Shown one piece after another: positions 22,301-33,206 of a DNA stretch of 36,613 bases. The stretch lies in NCBI GenBank assembly GCA_023334545.1, contig JAADVB010000195.1, positions 1 through 36,613 on the forward strand, read 5' to 3'. This stretch comes from Salisapilia sapeloensis CBS 127946 (lineage: Eukaryota; Protista; Oomycota). The translations under genes and the position numbers were made by a program. Under the pieces are notes generated by a model. That model saw nothing but the letters and a program-made list of their open reading frames with translations. It was not told where the DNA came from and did no database searches. Positions within the stretch are counted from its first letter, which is position 1; each line of letters begins with the position of its first letter.

Positions 22301-24004
22301 GAGAATGCATCTTTTTCTTCAGAACCTCAATCTCTTTCTTTAGATTCGAATGATGAGAGTCCAAGTCCTCGATCGACTGCAGGATCTCTATCTTTGTCGG
22401 TGGACGTGGCGGTGTCTTTGCTTGAGTTGAAGTCAACGCGCTCTTTTCCTCTTCAATTACTTCGTTAGCCTTATCCTGCTTATCCACGACAGTGTCGCAC
22501 GTGTCCTTCGTTTCCTCCACTTGCAAGTCTAAAGTCTTGCTCCATTCGACGCTAGGATCCTTGTCCACACTCTTGTCTTTTTCACGCTCTTGCTCCGACT
22601 CGACTAGCTTTTCACTCATTTTCGACACAAGACCTTGACCCCAGCCCAATCTTCGACGTTTTCCAGCACGACTCTCCTCCGTTTCCAGTCGCATTGGGTC
22701 GTCCTCATTCTGTTTCATTGCCTCTAGCGAAAAACTCTGAGTTCGACTCAGTCGTTTCAGATCTTCATTCGCAGGCGGTGGGCGTGTGGACGTGAAAGAC
22801 GTGTGGCGTGACAGCGTCCTGTTGGTCTCCACCATCACTGGTTTGAGTTCTTCCGTATCCTTTGCTGCAGGTGGTGGAGACGCTGCACGAGGACGCTTAC
22901 TCTGGACAGGCTCAGAGGGTGTTGCAGGAACACTAGCTTCTACAGAAGATTCCACGTTACTAGCAGGCTCAGAAACTTCCACCTTGTTAGTCAAATTCTC
23001 CGTTTTAACTGGTGTGGTCTTCCCTGCCTCCTGTACAGTAGATGACGAAATAACTTCCTCCTTTGCGACAGGTGCATCCTCTTGCGGCTTTTGCAATTGC
23101 TCCGTTGACACTACCTTCGCTTCCAAGGCATCAGCCTTCTCCACTACATCAGCAGTACTCTCCGCAGTTGGCGAAGTATGACTTTTACAACCTTCTTTTC
23201 TTTGTGCATCTACGGATACTGTCGTCTCCAACGACGTTTTCTCGTTCAAACGCAGACGAGACGGAGCTTTCTCTCGACTCTTGGACCGATCTCGACTTCT
23301 GGAGCGATTGAAGCGCGATCGACTGTGGTCAAAGCCACGTCCTTTGTATCCATACCCTCCAAATCTACCTCCGTCACCCATTCGCCCTCGTCCTCGACCT
23401 CTGCCTCCCATTTCAGTGTACATGAAGCTATTCCCACGATCGTAGATGTTGTTTCCACGACCAGCGAAGCGAGATGGCGGGCGGTCCCACATCGTCTCTC
23501 GATTTCGACGACCTCTGCTCCACGTGCTCGCGGCACCAGGTCTTTCTCCAGGTGCTGTTCTTCTCGGCAAGCGACTATGACGAGGATTCGACCGCGAGCG
23601 TGATCGAGAGCGAGAACCTGAACGAGAGGAGGAGCGGGAGCGAGACCTGGAGCGCGATCGTGGGCTCCTCGAGTGCGACCTGGACCGAGAATCCGACCGC
23701 GAATACGAACGAGACCTCGAACGCGACCTCGACCTGGACCTTGAAGGCGACACGGACCGCGAGGCGGAGCGCCGACGTCGCATCGGGTTGTTCGGGTTGT
23801 ACGGCACTCGCCGAAAGTGGTTTCCTCTGCTGTGTCTGTGGTAGGCACCTACCGGCGGACCTCGGCCGCCACGAATTGCCCTTCGATTATATCGTTCCGG
23901 CCGCTCTCCATCTACAACAAGACCGTACGCAGGCGTTAGGGAGAGGTAGAGTCTAAATTAGACACGTCAGACGTACTTGTAGAAGTCGGTCGGTGCGTGC
24001 GCAT
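19347..24004 (-). CDS. NCoR/SMRT/Snt1-type double SANT/Myb transcriptional co-repressor with N-terminal RS/RGG region and Q-rich C-terminus
   Basis: Coiled coil TKIEILQSIEDLDSHHSNLKKEIEVLKKK, SANT1 NPWTDLEKCIFADKFLQFPKNFPRIASCLRNKTTGDVIAYYYRTKK and SANT2 KWTDEEKAAFLQHFVVHGKDWAKLTKLIPSKTPAQIKNYYQNYK. Proposed exon 1 is 24004-23977 with intron 23912-23976; the start is less certain. Confidence 0.85.
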
Positions 24005-24172
24005 GCGTGCATTGTCGACGGGTGCGGCAGTCGCGGCCGAACGCGGCTCAAGCGGCCCCTCACTCCCCTCCATGTTTCCTCTCGTTTTCTAGTGGCGAAA
24101 AGAAACGGAAATGGTTTCTAACACGTTCGAAACGACAACACTTTCTGTGGTCACTACGCACAGTCGAAGGAG

Positions 24173-24442
24173 ATGAAGGTCAAGTCCTCCGTCAAGCGCT
24201 TGTGCGAGCACTGCAAGGTGGTGCGCCGTCGCCGACGAGTCTACGTCGTATGCAAGCGCAACCCCAAGCATAAGCAGCGCCAGGGATTCCACACGTGCTC
24301 TTGCACCTGCCCGGCCCACGCCGGCATGGACCAGATGCCGGCCGCCAACTTCCAGGAGGCCATGCAAATGATGCGCTATCCAGCGCTCGCTTCCTTTGAG
24401 AGCGTCCGAAACGCAGTGATCAAAATCCCTTCGCTGCACTAG
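24173..24442 (+). CDS. MRPL36: Ribosomal protein bL36 (probably mitochondrial) with C-terminal extension
   Basis: [38 protein letters not shown] is the canonical bL36 zinc ribbon (C-x2-C...C-x5-H), followed by 51 extra residues. Confidence 0.92.
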   Translation: MKVKSSVKRLCEHCKVVRRRRRVYVVCKRNPKHKQRQGFHTCSCTCPAHAGMDQMPAANFQEAMQMMRYPALASFESVRNAVIKIPSLH

Positions 24443-25227
24443 ATTTTGCACTTCCAATTGCAGTCGATAGAGTGGACAACCGTGGGACAGGGTAGCAGCG
24501 ACACGACTAAGAATGCGAACGGATAATATGGTTCACATGAACAGCCATTGCTCTTGAATTCTCGGCTTCCACCACAGTTGTACTTGTCCTCATCAATATC
24601 TCTCCCAAACGTACCGCGCCACGCATTCTAACTGCGTGTTGCAAAAATTGCTACTAACAGCTATCGATCCTCACCTGAAATTTGTATGAAAACAATGAAT
24701 CAGGTTCAATGTATTGATCGCACCTGACTCGCTCCACAGAGCGACTTTATGTGCTCTATGGAGATCTAGGTGGGACACGACTAGCCTTTACAGCTATCGA
24801 CTACACTGCTGAATCATCTTTGTCTTGAACACGGCACTTCAACTCGACCAAACAGCACTTTGTAGATGTACAGCACGAAAGTAAATTTCGGTCTAAAAAG
24901 TACGAATTGGGGTCTTACCTCACACCTTTTACTCATCCAGGGGCTTCAACCGGATTGATGCGTTGTGAAACTCATCCAAATCAAGCATAGCGTCTCGTAG
25001 AGTCCGAAGATTCTTTTTCAGGTCATGTTCGGTCATGTGCCATACAACTTGCATCTGTGGCTACTTCCGCAAAAGTATCTAAAAATGAGTTATTTCAACC
25101 AATCATAGCTTACTATCTGAATATTTCTGACAAAGTGCGACCATTTAGACTTAGGATACACTTCCCATAGCACGTATTGTCGAGGGTGCCGTCTGCAGCT
25201 CCTCGTCCACCTCGAGCTTTTTGTACG

Positions 25228-27102
25228 ATGGCGATCTCCATTGCTCTTATACTGCTTTCGTTCTATCTATCGGGTATATGTGCTGTACCATCAGCTCGTG
25301 TTTATCTTCCAGATAAGGATAAGACCCCATCCATCGTAAAGGATCAATTCGAAGTGCTCGGCGTCGACATTCTTAACAACGCAAATGCATCCGTGGAGCA
25401 GGCCGACTTTGTCTGGGCATCGAGTGACGATATTTCTTCGATTTTATCCGAGCATCCACGTTTAAATTTCAAGATAAACAGTTTTCCCGGCGCCACGGAC
25501 CGGCTTGCGAATCCAGCAGCACTGTTCGCTCATCTGGATGCCAAACAGCAGGAGATCCGAAAATACTATTTTGCATACACGCCCGAGATGTTCGTGTTAC
25601 CGAGAGATGCCGAACGACTAAACGGAGCCATGGCATGGGCGAAAGAAGCGAACCGACTTGATGCGCGTCGAAATAGAGACCGGTTCATCGACCTGCGATT
25701 CATGCTGTGGCAGCCACCGTACGGCCTCGACAGTATCAGTGATCCGAGTCCAAAATCCTCCATCTTCCTCTATGAGCAAGAGTGGAGACAGCAGATTAAG
25801 GCGTATCCTGCGCGAGGTGAAAAGAAAGACGCAAAAGCCGTTGCCACCAAGTACCACGACCCTCTTCTCATCGACGGAAGACGCTTTGAGCTAAGTTTCT
25901 ACGTTGCCATCGTGTCTTTGGATCCTCTTCGTATCTACATTCACGACAATGTGCTAGCAAAATTCGCGACAAAAGTATACCCAGCGATCGCTACCACAAC
26001 GACGCAGGAGCTGAGCCACAACTTTGACCCGTACTTTGCTCCATGGGATTTAGCGTATCTTCAGAAAGACTTTTACGAATTACCTTCTCCGAACCGAGAA
26101 GGAACCAACCCGTGGCGCATTGTCAAAAGAGCCATGGCCAAGGCAGGCGTGGACATTGGCAGGTTCAAAAGAGAGGTGTACGCAGCCGTCACTCGAACGA
26201 TCGCTAGCCAACGGTCTTTCTTCATAAAAGATATTGAGAAACTCGGTCACGATGTCTCGAACTTTTTCGCCCTGTACCAATTCGACTTTGAAGTCGATGA
26301 GCGAGGGAAAGCGTGGTTCATGCGCATTCACACCGATCCTTCACTCGACCCTGTTGAAACTACATTTGGCACGGATGAAGCTTTGAAGAAAGCCGTCGTA
26401 CAAGACTTCATTCACTTGGTCGGCATATCGCCCTTTGCTGAGCCCTCTTTCGAAGATTTTCAGCTCCAGAACCAGGCTCAAGTCTGCACGGACATGTGCA
26501 CCGACACGAGCAAGGTGTTTGAAGTGGCGTGCTGGGTCTGTCCTGGCTGGTTCACCAAGGACATTGCGAGCAAGCTTTTCCAAATATCGACCGAGTACTC
26601 TCGTCGCGGGCGCTTCCAGTTGGTCCATCCGTCACTGACAGGAGAAGACGAGAGCCAATTCTTGGATACACCTATGTCCGAGCTCGAACAAGTTTCGAAG
26701 CGATACTTCCGCTCCCTTTCGCTCGCGACATCGTCCGACCGATTCGGGGATGCAAATGGTGTTACCATCAATTGCCTCCATCGAAACCATTGCAGCGACC
26801 ATGGTGACTGTGTGAATGGGAAGTGCCATTGTGACGTTGGTTTTGAAGGAAAGACATGCTACATTCCTTTACACGCCTCCGAGGTAGCAAAGACTTTGGC
26901 TGTCGAAGAGCCGATCGCGACGACAGAAAAAGTGACCGAGCCGATGCAGCTTGCCCACGAGGAAGTCAGTCGCAAGGAGCTAGAACGGTTGTCTTGGGGT
27001 AGACTGATTACGGCGTTCGCAGTGCTGTTGCTTGTACTCTGGGGTGGTTACCGCTTTTTCTTACCGTACATGCAGGGTGCAGAGGCGTATAAGTCGAGTT
27101 AG
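25228..27102 (+). CDS. Tubulin-tyrosine-ligase (TTL/TTLL ATP-grasp)-like type I membrane protein with signal peptide, EGF-like domain and C-terminal TM helix
   Basis: Signal-like MAISIALILLSFYLSGICA from ATG 25228. TTL motifs KINSFPG, YTPEMFVLP, KYHDPLLIDGRRFELSFYV.IVSLDPLRIYI and FALYQFDFEVD...W...DPSL. EGF-like CLHRNHCSDHGDCVNGKCHCDVGFEGKTC and TM LITAFAVLLLVLWGGY. Intronless. Confidence 0.8.
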   Translation: MAISIALILLSFYLSGICAVPSARVYLPDKDKTPSIVKDQFEVLGVDILNNANASVEQADFVWASSDDISSILSEHPRLNFKINSFPGATDRLANPAALFAHLDAKQQEIRKYYFAYTPEMFVLPRDAERLNGAMAWAKEANRLDARRNRDRFIDLRFMLWQPPYGLDSISDPSPKSSIFLYEQEWRQQIKAYPARGEKKDAKAVATKYHDPLLIDGRRFELSFYVAIVSLDPLRIYIHDNVLAKFATKVYPAIATTTTQELSHNFDPYFAPWDLAYLQKDFYELPSPNREGTNPWRIVKRAMAKAGVDIGRFKREVYAAVTRTIASQRSFFIKDIEKLGHDVSNFFALYQFDFEVDERGKAWFMRIHTDPSLDPVETTFGTDEALKKAVVQDFIHLVGISPFAEPSFEDFQLQNQAQVCTDMCTDTSKVFEVACWVCPGWFTKDIASKLFQISTEYSRRGRFQLVHPSLTGEDESQFLDTPMSELEQVSKRYFRSLSLATSSDRFGDANGVTINCLHRNHCSDHGDCVNGKCHCDVGFEGKTCYIPLHASEVAKTLAVEEPIATTEKVTEPMQLAHEEVSRKELERLSWGRLITAFAVLLLVLWGGYRFFLPYMQGAEAYKSS

Positions 27103-27480
27103 AATTGACATAGACTGCCCACTGGAGTTCGAGCTCCTGATGCAATGCTAAACATTGACCGTATGCACTTTCACATCTTATCATACAAATAAACGTATCG
27201 TTTTCTAGTTGTATGAGCATCGGTGTCGCCTATCATATTACGTAGACTTGAAAAGTTGCGTTAGAGTAGTCGATTACCGAGTTTGTATGTTCTAGACAGT
27301 ATCGACATTGGAAATACCTGCCGTTTCCGTAGAAAAAAATTACAACAGGTTACCGCAGCAAGAGGTTTTGCTTCTAAAAGTAGCACAAGCATCAAACGAG
27401 TGAATGCCAGCGGGAAAGATACATACGCCCACACTATGTCCTACCCTGTTTATCTGTAGACTTGTTCTTGATGTATGTAG

Positions 27481-28200
27481 CATTGTCGGTCATGTTTTGT
27501 CTCACTAGCCTCCCATCGGAAATACAGTGTCCCCACATCGGGCTGCATCATCTATGATGGTATAGTTCGTAGGACTACCACGCCTTGTAGTGGCATTGAG
27601 CATATTCTCAGACAAATCTTAGCGCGACTACTCGATCCAAAAAATTATGCAAAAGATGTCTATCAACAGGCCGATGATCACTTCAAAACTCGATTCACAC
27701 TTAACTTTGGTTTACACGCACTATCAGGTAGGACATCATCAAGCATGTACTACTGGTCTCCATCCACTCTTGTTCGATCGGTACTGAATGGCACGCCTGC
27801 TACGATTCTAAGTACCCTGCTGCTTTGCTAGTAGATCCAGTTCACGTCTTATGTCAATCACCCACTACGACCAAGTTGCTTTCACAACGACTAGTGGAAA
27901 CTTCTGACTTGCAGGAGTTGCTTATCAAATCGGCAGCTTTGTTCGTGAAAGTGAACGCTGACGCAAGGGAGATCATTGCCATGAAATGAAGTATAGGCTG
28001 ATCCAAACACTGCCTTTGCACAAAAGCAGATTCTGATGCTCAGTGAACGAGACCGACATAAAATGGCGTGCGTATCACGTTCGTGCTGATTGATACCTCT
28101 TATACCTCAACCAGGCTGCTTGCATGGAAACTCTAGCTTTTGCAAAGGCCTCACTATTATTTACTGTAAGCAATACTGGCAGTTCCATATTCACGTATAG
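27481..28200 (+). pseudogene. Probable decayed or unannotated spliced gene, family unknown
   Basis: Two overlapping start-less stop-free frames, 27481-27828 (116 codons) and 27732-27989 (85 codons), with protein-like composition and splice-like signals nearby (CTCACTAG at 27501-27508). Confidence 0.3.
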
Positions 28201-29037
28201 CTACTGCTCCAGCCCAGTTGCATAGAGAGATAGAGAGATCGGACGATCAAATGAGACCAGATCATGTTAGTACTTGCGTCTGAATTGTACCGCCCATGTA
28301 TAAGGCTTCTGTAAACAGCATATCTGCATACCACTAGAAACGCGCAAGATATCATAGGAGCCAACTAAATTTAAAATCTAGATCTATTACCCTAGTTTCA
28401 ACCAGCATCGTTTAAATGGCTTCGAAGCAACAAAGTGCGGTATAAGTAGAATGTCTTAAAGTGACGAGCAAAGCTACAGCTCCGGTCATTTTCGGATTGA
28501 CACTAAGAGACTAGGCACATTTAAAGCAATGAATATGAAGCAGAATGAGCCGCAATGGCCTATATTTGGAAGAGCAGGGACTATTCTTCAACCGTCTAGT
28601 TGATGTAAAAATCGGCCAAGTTTCCACCCAACTATCTCAATTGCATCCGGTCTTTAAACTGTATATACTACACATCACCCTGTCAATGATCGTGTTCACT
28701 TTCTTGGTATCCAGCAGAGATATAAGCACCTGATGATTTCAACATTCCCTAAGCATGAACATACTCAAATGTTACTGTTTCCTACCCGCATGCAATTCAA
28801 TTTTTATGAGCCATCGATACTGGGTAATTGTGCCTAAATCACCTACTGTGGCGTAGATCTTCGGAGAGAAATCTATCCGTAACCGCTTGCAGTTCACGAT
28901 AATGACATTCATATCCACCAAAATCGAAACATTTCTTTATTAAGTCTTGCTATCCAGTCCTTTTCGAATTCTAATCCACGATCGGGAGATTGCGAGACCC
29001 CCTAGTCTGGTATGCCACCTTACAAACAAGCTTCTAA

Positions 29038-29053
29038 TCATTTTCCAATTTGC
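29038..29053 (+). promoter_or_regulatory. Oomycete INR+FPR core promoter element
   Basis: TCATTTTCCAATTTGC matches the oomycete initiator plus flanking-promoter consensus (YCATTYY-N-CAWTTY) and starts 72 nt upstream of the aquaglyceroporin ATG. Confidence 0.6.
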
Positions 29054-29109
29054 CTTGAGCCTACGACTTCACTCGGAGCTGACCCACTCAGACAAACTCT
29101 CAAGTTACC

Positions 29110-30012
29110 ATGTCACTCGAACACCACGAAAAGTCCAATCGGTATAGCGACATCGAAGAAATACTGGAGGATGACATCGAGAAGGCAATGCGTATGAAGA
29201 AAGCTTTGGCAGTCAAGAGCCCCTACTTTCGAGAATGTCTCGCCGAGTTTATCGGCACCATGGTATTGGTCATGTTTGGCGACGGTGTCGTTGCCCAAAC
29301 GGTACTGAGCGAAGGGATGAATGGCAACAATACGAATATCAACATATGCTGGGGTCTCGCTGTCCTCTTTGGTATCCACTTCTCCGGCGGCGTCAGCGGT
29401 GCCCATTTAAATCCTGCGGTGACGGTGACACTCGCTATCTTCAAGGGGTTCGAGTGGCGTAAAATACCAGGATATGTGCTCGCCCAAATGCTGGGGGCAT
29501 TTGTCGCAGCAGCGATCATCTTCTTCGTGTACTATCCCCACTTCGATGCCATCGATCCACAGCGTAACACGACCATGAGCATTTTTGCCACATACCCGAA
29601 CGCCAAGATTTCCAACTGGACTGCCGTTTTGACAGAGGTCGTGGGTACAGCGCTACTCTTGGGTGGTATCTTTGCTATTTCAGACCAAAAGAACAAACCT
29701 GCAAGTCCATACAGTGGTCCGAGCGCGGTAGCACTGTTAATTGTTGCTATCGGCATGGCATTTGGTATGAACTCTGGCTACGCTATCAATCCAGCACGAG
29801 ACTTTGGACCACGGTTGTTTACAATGATTGCCGGTTGGGGTACGAAGGTGTTGACGATGAATGACTATTATTTCTTCGTCCCGCTATTTGCGCCTTTGAT
29901 TGGCGGTCCCTTAGGCGGCGGGTTGTACGTTCTGGCTGTAGAGAACCATCATCCGGAAGATACCACGGACGTCGATGAAATTATAGTTAGTCGACGACAG
30001 GGTGACTTTTAG
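29110..30012 (+). CDS. Aquaglyceroporin (GlpF-type MIP)
   Basis: Two NPA boxes (SGAHLNPAVT, GYAINPARDFGPR). The Asp after the second NPAR is the glyceroporin signature. Six hydrophobic helices; intronless. Confidence 0.96.
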   Translation: MSLEHHEKSNRYSDIEEILEDDIEKAMRMKKALAVKSPYFRECLAEFIGTMVLVMFGDGVVAQTVLSEGMNGNNTNINICWGLAVLFGIHFSGGVSGAHLNPAVTVTLAIFKGFEWRKIPGYVLAQMLGAFVAAAIIFFVYYPHFDAIDPQRNTTMSIFATYPNAKISNWTAVLTEVVGTALLLGGIFAISDQKNKPASPYSGPSAVALLIVAIGMAFGMNSGYAINPARDFGPRLFTMIAGWGTKVLTMNDYYFFVPLFAPLIGGPLGGGLYVLAVENHHPEDTTDVDEIIVSRRQGDF

Positions 30013-30488
30013 GCCAGTAGTTCCAGAATTTAACATCAAAACACCCTATTTTGTCTATAAATCCTTGATGTGCGTTGTCATGTAGCTCGTATTCGTCGAA
30101 GCTTCCAACATACATGCTGTCAGGCATCACTAGAATATCTTGATCTTACCTAGCCATTAAGTGTACTGCCCTAAGACAGGTATTGAAAGGTAGCTGGGAG
30201 TGGAGAAGTGGGTGACCAAAAGTCGAATGTATCAAGTGCAAATTACGGCGTAGCTTTGCCCAAACTGGTCATCATGATACGATCATTTCTACCGTAAACA
30301 CTTGCAGAGATGACAGGAATCAATTGGTCTATTAACCAGAGTTTCAAGCTTCCTACAACCACTGTTGAAAAGTAAGAAGGGGCAGCAAGCCACCAATGAG
30401 CGTAAGTAGCTCACCGCGCTGGAACGCTACTTTGGTTGTCAAATTCGTTGTCGCAACTTCAACTTGAAATGCAGTGTTGCACCAAGGT

Positions 30489-31440
30489 TCACTGGGTGAC
30501 GCGTTTAGTCGTGGATAGTTGGACATCAAAGTCAACGACTTTGATCCTAGCCATGCATCTTTTCTTTTGTATCGTAGCTGCTGCGTTATGCATGCACTTT
30601 GATTTCTTACCGAGCCACCAGAGTATCTCGATGATGTTGATTCGAAAAAGTATTAAACGATCTCTAGCTTCCAAATCGCGTCGACGCTCATGCTCCTTTA
30701 TAAAGCGTACTCGAGTGTCATTAGCTCATGGAATTAGCGCATGATGGAGACTCTTTCTTTGGTTTTAATTTCTTCACACCGTAGCCTTGGAAGTTGTGGC
30801 GACATCACGACCATCATCGGAACGCTTGAATTTCATGTCCTTTCAGAAACACATTGTGTATGAGTGCGATAGACGCTAAGCAGAAATGTACCACAGGCAA
30901 GTACCTCATATCTGACCGTTGGAAGTGCATCCTTGCATGACATAAAGAAAGGATACAGTTTATCTTAACATGACTTTCGTATTCGCCCTGCATCCTGATG
31001 GAAAATGTTATGAGTCTATCGAGCAGATCCATTCTACGAATGTGTTCAGCAGCTTCAAGCCATTTTCTTGAATTGCATACTGTTGTCTTGACAATGCCGC
31101 TTCGTTGCTAAAATGGTGTCGTTTGTATTCTTCTCCGAGTACTGCTGTTCTCGTGCAATACGAACTATAGAGATAATACTCGCTACTTTCGACTGTCAAC
31201 TGACGGACAATCGACTACTATCTGTTGTCTCCCGGCACGGTTCGCATATTCGGTTGCTCGGTTGCCAATTGTTCCGCACGAGCTGCAAGCGAACATGTCG
31301 GTGATGACACTTTTCGATCACCACAATACACTGTATTTTGACGAGCCGGTGCCGGTTGCGTACGAAATGAGGATTGTTGCGACGCTACAAGCGATCTGTT
31401 CACATAGCGCACCACGTGGGAGCTGAATCGTCGCGATCAT
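30489..31440 (-). pseudogene. Possible second decayed IQ-motif gene
   Basis: IQ-like remnants ATIQLPRG (about 31411-31434), HEIQAFR*W..CR (about 30800-30835) and NAAATIQKKRCMAR (about 30546-30590). The frame 31440-30721 has 6 internal stops, then shifts frame. Confidence 0.35.
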
Positions 31441-31967
31441 CCAAAACGAGTCCGACGTCCTGATGGCAAGCTACGCCGTTGACAGACAACTTCAAACCGT
31501 ATCGATACTGCTAGCAAAGTGAGGTTCAAAAGTTCGCCCAAAAATCTAACACTGGATACTTGGTGAAACGGAAGAACAGAATAACATCAACTCAGCGATG
31601 GGTACCAGTCCATGCTCCCTTCTCTATACCGATGCAGCATGCCTATTTTAAGCGGCTGCATCTGATCGCACATAGCATGAAAGTCAAAAATAGCTCCTGG
31701 TCCGCTTCAACGCACCTTGATGGCCATCTGCCGATTGCTTGCTAATGCGTTCAGTAAAGAGCGCACGCGACAGGCTCTGTACGAGCACACGAGCCGACCT
31801 AGAAGCCGTTGGGTGAAACGCACTCCATTTTAAATTTAGAAGTCAGACCCGTCCTATCTTCTACTTCCTGGTTCGCATCCGGGTTTCCGCATTTGCCTTC
31901 TAGCGGAATTCCTCACGCACAGGAATTACCAAAAAATTTCACTCTTAACAATCTGCCACGAACAGCT

Positions 31968-33206
31968 ATGATCGACATACTCCAGTTGCTGCGCAAGAGT
32001 CCAGGCTGGGCTCTCCACTCTCCACTCGCACGCACCTTTGGCTTTGCACCAGAGTTGACCGACGACCAGAGCATGGACAACTCTTCCGCCGATGTCGCCA
32101 ACGAACGCATGGCGTCCAACTGGACAAAGCTTGACACTTCAGGAGCCACGCCAGCTGTGCGTAGCGGTCACGCCGCGGCCGTCGTGGGCAACAAGATGTA
32201 CGTCTTTGGCGGCTACAATGACGGCGTGTGCCACAACGACCTGCACGCATTCGACTTGGAGCTGCACCATTGGGAGCGGATCGAAACTCCTTCCTGCGTG
32301 CAACCCGACGGACGCGCCTCCCACGCCTGGTGCGCCTCCTCCGACGCAACCAAGTTGTATCTATTCGGCGGCTCTGGCCCGCAGTGGGGGCAAACAAACA
32401 TGGGGAAGCTCATGCAGTACAGTATCCGCGAGCGCACGTGGAGCATCGTGGAAGCGTCAGGAAGCTGCCCGCCGGCAGGGTACGGCCAAACGCTTTGTGC
32501 GATCGACGGTCAGCTCCTGCTTTTCGGAGGCACCTCCGGCCACATCTATGTCAACGACTTGTACAAATTGGACGAAGCAACACTAGTGTGGACAAAGGTC
32601 GTGACGACAGGAATTCCTCCAAGTCCTAGGTACAAGCATCAAGTCGCGACGATCGGCAACCGCATGTACGTAGTCGGCGGAGGGCTGTACGACCCGCCTC
32701 GCGGACCCATTGACACTTTCTATCTAAATGTCGACACGCTCGAATGGACGCAAGTGGACACCAAGGGCGACGTGCCGACTTCTCGGATCGCCCACTCCAT
32801 CTCACAAACGGCTGACGGCTCCAAGATCCTCATGTTCGGTGGGCGGGACGCGTCTGGGTCTCGGCGAAGTGAGTTGAGCGAATTTGACTTGAACACAAAC
32901 GAATGGACGATTTATCCGCAGGAGCAGGACGCTCCGGACGCACGAGATTTCCATTCGGCCGTCATGCATGACGGTCAGATGTTTATCTTTGGCGGCTCGA
33001 ACGGCGCCAAGCGTAGCAACGACGTGTTCCGACGTACGCTCAAGTATTACCCAGCGTCTCTGCTGGTGCTCGCGATGCAGGCAGTGCGTCGACATCAAAA
33101 GACCATCCCAAGAGAAGAGATGGAGCTGCTTCCAGTCGAACTACGGACCGGCGTGATGCAGATCAATCGCCACGTCAGGACGCAAAAGGTCCCGACATGG
33201 GACTGA
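31968..33206 (+). CDS. KLHDC10: Kelch-domain protein, KLHDC10-like (CRL2-type substrate receptor)
   Basis: Kelch blades (RSGHAAAVVGNKMYVFGG, YGQTLCAIDGQLLLFGGTSGHIYVNDLYKL, PRYKHQVATIGNRMYVVGGG) match the KLHDC10 pattern. C-terminal BC-box-like PASLLVLAMQAV. The start could also be ATG 32072 or 32108. Confidence 0.78.
   Translation: MIDILQLLRKSPGWALHSPLARTFGFAPELTDDQSMDNSSADVANERMASNWTKLDTSGATPAVRSGHAAAVVGNKMYVFGGYNDGVCHNDLHAFDLELHHWERIETPSCVQPDGRASHAWCASSDATKLYLFGGSGPQWGQTNMGKLMQYSIRERTWSIVEASGSCPPAGYGQTLCAIDGQLLLFGGTSGHIYVNDLYKLDEATLVWTKVVTTGIPPSPRYKHQVATIGNRMYVVGGGLYDPPRGPIDTFYLNVDTLEWTQVDTKGDVPTSRIAHSISQTADGSKILMFGGRDASGSRRSELSEFDLNTNEWTIYPQEQDAPDARDFHSAVMHDGQMFIFGGSNGAKRSNDVFRRTLKYYPASLLVLAMQAVRRHQKTIPREEMELLPVELRTGVMQINRHVRTQKVPTWD

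Noticed and set aside
19377-23956. Numerous long antisense or alternative-frame ORFs over the SANT gene (e.g. 19377-20207, 20638-21357, 23246-23848)
   Set aside because: These are expected shadow ORFs of a GC3-rich, low-complexity coding region, and their translations are low-complexity with no domains.
7086-27102. The pseudo-enzymes (TBC1, Prx6-like, TTL-like) as one co-functional gene cluster
   Set aside because: They belong to unrelated pathways, lie in mixed orientations and are interspersed with housekeeping genes. Nothing in the sequence links them.
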